Shown here in pieces: positions 57,285-64,000 of a DNA stretch of 64,000 bases. Source of the DNA: Adineta vaga (Eukaryota > Animalia > Rotifera); the NCBI GenBank assembly GCA_021613535.1, contig CP075494.1:13144001-13208000 (forward strand), in the 5' to 3' direction. Made by a program: the position numbers and the translations under genes. Every line of letters begins with the position of its first letter. The first letter of the stretch is position 1. Below the pieces are notes generated by a model, which had not been told where the DNA came from, searched no databases, and worked only from the letters and a program-made list of their open reading frames with translations.

Positions 57285-58640
57285 ATGTCCGATGATTTGA
57301 GTATTTCTCGACCTGAACGTCCACCAAAAGCAGCCGTCAACTCAACTGATTGGCGTCGATATAAAGAGCAAGTGCGTGCATGGAAAAATGCTCGTTTAGA
57401 AAAGCAACTCGACTTCGAAGCTAACGAAACGAAAATATTAGAACAAGAAACGTCCACAACATCAAATATTTCATCTGACTCAATGAAAGGTCGTTCATAT
57501 ACATTATCTATAGCTGTACCAGCTTCAATATTACGTAATGCTCAATCAAATGAATTACGAACTTATTTAGCAGGACAAATAGGTCGTGCAGCAGCTGTTT
57601 TTAATATCGATGAAATCATTGTTTTCGATGATGATGAAACTATTGAACAAGTTGATAATGATCCATTTAGTGCAAGTGAACAACTTATTCGACTTCTCGA
57701 ATATCTTGAATGGTAGGTTTTTAAAACATCTGATGATTTTTTTCTTCTTAGTTATTTATTTTTCACTATATTTATAGTCCACAATATCTTCGAAAATCGT
57801 TCTTTCCTCGACAAAAACTTTTGGAATATGCTGGCTTACTCAATCCATTAGATGCACCACATCATGTACGTACAAATGAATATTGGTTCTATCGAGAAGG
57901 TGTAACATTACCATTGAAACCTGCTGATGGTAAAGGTTCATGGGTTGACGTTGGTCTTTATGAAACAAAAATACAAATTGATAAACGTTTACAACAAGGT
58001 TTACGTGTTACAATTCGACGTACAGATATAACACATGAAGAATATTTTCGAACGAAAGAAGTATTAAGTAAGTTATGCGTTCGAATGAAAGTAAAACAAA
58101 TTTTTATAATATACTTTTTCCAGATGATACACCACAAACTTATAAGAAAAAACGAATTCCTGGTGAAATTGTTAGTCCAAGTACACCTCGTTTAGAGTCT
58201 GGTAAAATTATTTCAATTGTTTGTATTTTAAAATTGATCATTCTTCTTATAAAGGTCTCTATTGGGGTTATCAAGTACGAAAAGCTGGATCGATTAATAC
58301 TATTATTGAAAATTGTCCATTTGATGATGATGATGATGATCCTGATAATCATCATTCAGCTAAATATGATCTTGTTATTGGTACCTCTGAACGTGGTACA
58401 TTACATGATAAAATTGCTGAGTTCCCTCGTTTTCGACATGCCTTAATTGTATTTGGTGGCTTGCAAGGACTTGAAAAAGCATTTGAACAAGGAGAAAATC
58501 CAACTACACCGGAAGAATTATTTCATTTCTATCTGAATACATGTCCGGAACAAGGAAGTCGTACGATACGTACGGAAGAAGCTATTCTCATCACACTTTC
58601 TTGTTTAAGAGGAAAATTACTCTCCGCAGCTATGAAATAA
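57285..58640 (+). CDS. SPOUT1: SPOUT-domain methyltransferase C9orf114/CENP-32
   Basis: YTLSIAVPASIL.NAQS.ELRTYLAGQIGRAA.VF.IDEIIVFD, LEYLE|CPQYLRK, AGLLNPLDAPHH, GLYWGY.VR, IGTSERG and QGSRTIRTEEAILI. Confidence 0.95.
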
Positions 58641-59628
58641 TATGCTATGTTTTGTTTTGTTTTGTTATGAATGATGACAAAAAATAAAACCAAAAAAAAA
58701 TGACCGATTTTTTTTTTAAGAATATTCGAGAAATCTGTCATATTTCTAAATGCAATGTAACGTTTATAATCGTAATTAAATATACTAATTATGAGAAATT
58801 TCCGTTATAAATAGATCGAAAACATCATTACATTTATAGACATACCCAACTTGTGAAAAACACAATTTCTTCTTTCTACAGATCTCAGTTTTACTAGATG
58901 ACATATCTGATTATCTTGTAATTTAATTAATCATCAATATTCGACTGTTATATTGATAGGATTTATTCTGTATGAGAGTAAATCATATTATTAGGTACTT
59001 TTATCGATAGAAAATGTTGTTCGATTCGATTTTATTTTTCATATAATGCATAAAAACATCTACACTGGATTTAGATCAAGTTTATATCGAGTCAACAAGT
59101 AAATATTTATCGTAATAGAAGATGATATTAATGTAAACAACTTAGTAGAGAATGATACCCAACACATGACTTGAATTTCTTACAATACTAATTAGTTAGA
59201 ATAAGAAATCGGTTTATCTATTCTTCTTCGTGTGCCACTTTTCTTTCTAAGATGAGAGAGCATTTTTTTCCGTTCTTCTATTTTTCTTCTTTTTCCTCTT
59301 TAAATAGATTTTTTCTCTCGACGTTTACACATGCAATGTTGTACGGAATCTTACCCGATTACTTTCCCTCTTCTTATCTTAGAGAAAGAAGAAGAAGAAA
59401 AAAAAATGAGGAGCCGTTCAATAGTTCACAACAAAACAGTCTTATGACCTATTCAATAAGAAGTCATCGACAAAATACAATAAAAGCAGTTTTTATTGTA
59501 CTTTCGAAATAATTGATTGAGAAACTACTTAGAAGTTAAATACTAACCGAAGACTATTACAAATTGTAAGCATTTACTGTTGTATCTATAGTGTCGTAAA
59601 TAGTGTTTATATAGTTTTAGATTTCATT

Positions 59629-61558
59629 ATGCCAAATTCATTAATCGATATGATACGAAATTGTCCGTCGAGTTCCCAACAAAATGGCAGTCAACCAACA
59701 TCACGTGAAATTAATATTCCAGGTCTTTGTCCGGAAGCATTAGCTGCCTGGGGTGTGGAGCATCCAGCTGATTTAAGTTATCGTGTCGAATTAGCTCGAC
59801 GTATTGCAGCAGCATTTAATGATAGTGACCAAATAGTTATTCTCGATGATGTCGCTTTAGTTGTACCAGAATCAGAACGAGCTGTTTTTCTCGGCATGCG
59901 TGGTTGTGATCGGTCACTTTTACCTGCACTTTGGTTATCGACTGGTTTTCGTCGTGGTGGTCGAATTATTGTTTATTCCCCACCAAATTCAATTGAATTA
60001 ACAAACTATTTAGCTTTAAAGAAGAATATTGAAGAACGTCTACAGCGATCTATTCATATCGAAATTCTTTATGAAGATTCTAACGGGCAACTTCTTGAAC
60101 TATTGAGTATATTTGAAAAGAATTCCAATTCTTATATGGAAATTTGTGAACGATTTGTTCAACGATCACCTGCTGAGTTCTATCCGGAATATCATGTACG
60201 CATGTTTAAACGACATATTGATCAAATTCTCAAAGATGCCAATCGATCATTTGTTTTTCCATATGAAATGACTGAATTTCATCAACAAGAACTTCAATGC
60301 TATTCTGATCGATTAAAACTACCTGATTTACCAACAAATGATAAAGCAAAACATAATTTCTTTTTACGTTCACAAGCATTTACTGCTCTACCAAAATTAC
60401 TTGCCGCTTCACCTGATGGAACTATTATCGATAATTATCAACAATATATAACAACATTAGAACATCTCGATTCTATTCATACAGAAAATACACCAGAAAA
60501 TATTCAAGTAAAATCATAATTATTATCGGCAATTTCATAATAAAAATGTTTGTTTCCTCCTTGTCTGCTAGAAATTTGCCAAAGCTGTTATTCAAGCTAT
60601 CGATCAATTATATCAAAAATACAATATCTCAGCATTTGTTAAATTAGATGCGAGTGGTGCAGCTGGTTGGTCATGTATGAGTCCAAGTGAACATGCTTTA
60701 ATTTATAACTGTGATGAAGATCAAACAAAACGCATTGATTATTTACGAGAATATATAGAAAATAAAGTTGTAGGTGAACGATTACCAACACTCGCTGTCA
60801 TTGAAGAATTCATTGAAGCACAAAAACGATCAGGTGATATCGATGCAGATTATACTGTTTGTGGATTTGTTCTCGATGGCAAACTTTTTCCTACATCAAT
60901 TAATCTATGTGGAACAGAAAATGGATGTTACGTTGAACAGGTACGATAATTGTTAATTTTATTCTAGTAGAATTATTTGTCTTTTTCGTAGTGGACATCA
61001 TGTTCACCAACAGATTTGAAAGATTCTCCTGTATATTGGCAACGTATGTTTCAAACCTATTCAATGATGGTTGCTTTTGAAGCATCTGAATTTGGTTATA
61101 CAAATGGAATTTATGCAGGTGATTTATTTGTAACAAAAGATGGTCGTCATAAACAACGTGATTGGAATATTCGTCGTGGTGGACGATCATCACCTGAATC
61201 TTTAGTTATTTTTGGTATGCCAAACTATGAAACAAAAGTGACTATATCTTTAGCTGATTTTGGTCTGAATGGAAAAATGAATAATATTGAATTATTTCAT
61301 CTATATACAGAAATATGTCGATGTCTATCGAATACGTATGGCATGTATATATTTTCCAGTGGATTGGGATATTGTTGTAAGGACGATGAAGAAAATGATT
61401 ATTTAAAATTCAACATTCTTATTCATCCCAAATGGTTAATTAATGTTGATAAAGATGGACAAAAACAGAAGTTACCTAGAAGTGAACACCGAAATAAAGT
61501 GACAGAAATCATTCGCGATACGACTATAAATATTTTGAAAAAGAAATCTCTTGTTTAA
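59629..61558 (+). CDS. Putative ATP-grasp-fold ligase, 604 aa, 3 exons
   Basis: Exons 59629-60507, 60572-60940 and 60992-61558 join in frame. NDKA, AFVKLDASGAAGW, VIEEFI and GIYAGDLFV......DWNIRRGGRS occur in ATP-grasp order. Confidence 0.65.
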
Positions 61559-62070
61559 AAAGAAATCATCACTGTTTAACACGCATACTTGATAGTTTAT
61601 TGTAGACGTTTTATCTTTGAAATAAAAAATACGATAGCTACGTTTCTTTGGAAAAAGTACAATAGATGTTGAATAGATCTATCTCTTTCATACGGTATTT
61701 TACCATATCACATGAGGTATATTCGACGAGAAACTGGTTTATAGTGCAGAGTATTACAGGTGCAAACGGTTTTGAGTCCTGGATAGAGAATGTTTTGGCG
61801 AAAGAGAAAAAAATGTACTCAAAAGACAAATATGATACATTGCTTTTTTTCAACATTAACATCTATAAAATGTGCATAAAATAGCTTCAATTTCATCGTA
61901 CACGAATCAACGAAGCGTTGAATGACGTTTCTCTTTGTTTATAAGCCATTGTCGTGATTTTGTCTTTCTTCAATTTGAAATCTTTCGATAGACAATGAAC
62001 ATCAAGATTGATAATTATCTTTGACTATAAAGAAAGGCAGATCATATCGATATTTTGATATTTATAACAA

Positions 62071-63834
62071 ATGAAAGCAGCGTGTCTTGGTCATCAATAT
62101 TTAAATGTTCAATCTTTTAACGAAAATGACATTTTTTTCACTGGTGGTCGATTTCGTGTTGGTCGAAGACATCAACGACGACGATCAAAATTACAACCCT
62201 ATGATAATCAAAGAGAACCATCGTTATCAGCTTCCGATCCACTTTCACGTCGATCTATTGCAATTATTGAACAATCAAAATCAGATACAACATCAAAATC
62301 TCTCTTTGGACGAAGTTATAGTGCATCACATGATCTCTATGTTGTTAATGAACTACAACCAATTCGTAAAGTCCAATCTCAACATACCGATGGGGGTGAG
62401 TCATACGAATGAATACATTAAAGGAAAATTCTCTTTTTTGTTTTGTTTTTCTAAGACCATAAACCATATTCGTTGAAAGCAATTATAAGTAAACGACATG
62501 GTACGTATCAGTATCAAATAATTAGAAGTTATGTACTAAAATAAATTGAATTTTAGGAAATCAAAATGAAGATGATAAATTAAGTAGTCGTGTACGACGC
62601 TTCTATAAGAAACAAGATGATCTCATTGATTCTTTACAAAAACTTCATGAACAGACATCATTGGAAGTTAAAAAAGAAAAGAAATCTTTAAATAAACAAA
62701 AACGTTATACTGAATGGCTTATTCGAGCAACATTACTTTGTAATGTGGTATGTTTATCTATTAAAATATAAAGATGACTTAACTGAAAGTTATTCTATTT
62801 CTATAGGCATTATTAATCGCTAAAATTGTTGCTGCAGTTTTCTCTCGATCACTTTCAATCATTTCTTCTGTAGTAGACTCAGCAGTTGATTCTGCTTCGG
62901 CGTGTGTACTCTATTGGGTTGTGCGTGCTATTAAAAGACGCGATCCTTATACCTATCCAGGCGGTAAGGATTTTCATACTTTTTAAAAAAGTAAATAATT
63001 GTGACTCTATATTTCAGGTCGAACTCGATTGGAACCAGTTATTATCGTTATTCTTTCCGTTGTTATGGTTTCAGCATCTGTTCAAGTTATTTATGAATCA
63101 ATCGAATCTTTAATCAATGATATTCATCATTTTACGAACAATGGAACTGATCTACGTGAGATTGAGATGGGACCAGCCCCAATAACTGTCATGTGTATAA
63201 CTATTGGTAGATATAGATTAGTTCTTTGTTGTTTAAAACTGTGAATTTATTATTTAGTTAGTAAAGCTGTTCTATCATTTCTATGCTATCAAGTAACGAA
63301 TCCAACGATGTATGCTGTTGCACAAGATCATCGTAATGATGTTTTTTCAAATCTTATTGCACTTATATGTGGTATCGTAGGTAAGAAAAAGAAATTTGAA
63401 CTCGATTTCATCTTATAATTAACTCTTTTATAGCTGCAAAAGCACTTGATGGTTCTATTAAACAAAGAGAAGTTGTTGTCATTGATCCAATTGGTGCTAT
63501 TATTATATCTCTATATATTATCTTCTGTTGGTTAAGACAACTTCGTGAACAAGTACGAAATTTAAGTGGTTATAAAGCTAAACCTGAATTTTTACAAAAA
63601 ATAACATGGTTAACATTACATCATTCTCCTTTGATACAAAAAATAGATACAGTTCGAGCATTTCATTTTGGTACATCATTTTTAGTAGAAGTTGAAGTTA
63701 TTCTTCCCGAAACAATGTCACTGAAAGAAGCACATGATATAGGTGATGGTTTACAAAATAAATTAGAAAGTATCCCGGACGTCGAAAGAGCATTTGTTCA
63801 TTTAGATTATATGGTCGAAGCTTTGGAATATTAG
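62071..63834 (+). CDS. Cation diffusion facilitator, Mn-CDF (MTP8/MTP11-like) clade
   Basis: RRFYKKQDDLI, SLSIISSVVDSAVD, DPYTYP.G|RTRLEP, AQDHRNDV, IDPIGAI, IDTVRAFHFG and AHDIG..LQNKLE...VERAFVHLDY. Confidence 0.92.
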
Positions 63835-64000
63835 ATTGACTATTCATACAAAAAATAAACTTTATTATTATTTCTTTTTTAAAAAAAATATAAAATTATT
63901 CAAGCCAAGAAATGAATGAATCGTTGAGATTTCAGCTATTCTATCATCTTTTAGTTATTCTAGCAATACTTTTCTTATACTTTTTCTGAATGATTGGTAG

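Noticed and set aside
62071-63834. Horizontal-transfer claim for the plant-like MTP transporter
   Set aside because: The Mn-CDF clade also occurs in other invertebrates and the gene is intron-rich; foreign origin cannot be supported without a tree.

Overview
Eukaryotic, very AT-rich genomic DNA with many short (about 50-65 nt) GT-AG introns. Gene content (expanded F-box/LRR and orphan 7TM families, intron-containing genes of bacterial type) points to a bdelloid rotifer; this is inference, not a database result. Positions 0.9-38.4 kb and 52-64 kb are gene-dense. Recognisable genes there are BiP/HSPA5, RBM19, an SLC17 transporter, ICT1/MRPL58, a DEG/ENaC channel, POLR1H/RPA12, COPS7, C9orf78, ATP synthase subunit c, a PKA-C-like kinase, CNOT9, Fringe, SPOUT1 and a Mn-CDF transporter. 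Three candidate horizontally acquired, intron-containing genes are interspersed: a LURP-one-like protein, a secreted and probably GPI-anchored PQQ-type sorbosone dehydrogenase, and a 604-aa ATP-grasp-like ligase. The 39-51.5 kb interval is rearranged. A 2.1-kb near-identical direct duplication of Ly6/uPAR-like surface-protein genes brackets 7.5 kb of decayed DNA: a 5'-truncated GPCR broken by an 83-bp piggyBac-type mini-element, a 0.92-kb long-TIR MITE and a frameshifted F-box gene. Other oddities are a COPS7-RPA12 spacer built like a trans-spliced operon junction and a BiP ending in the non-canonical DDSL.
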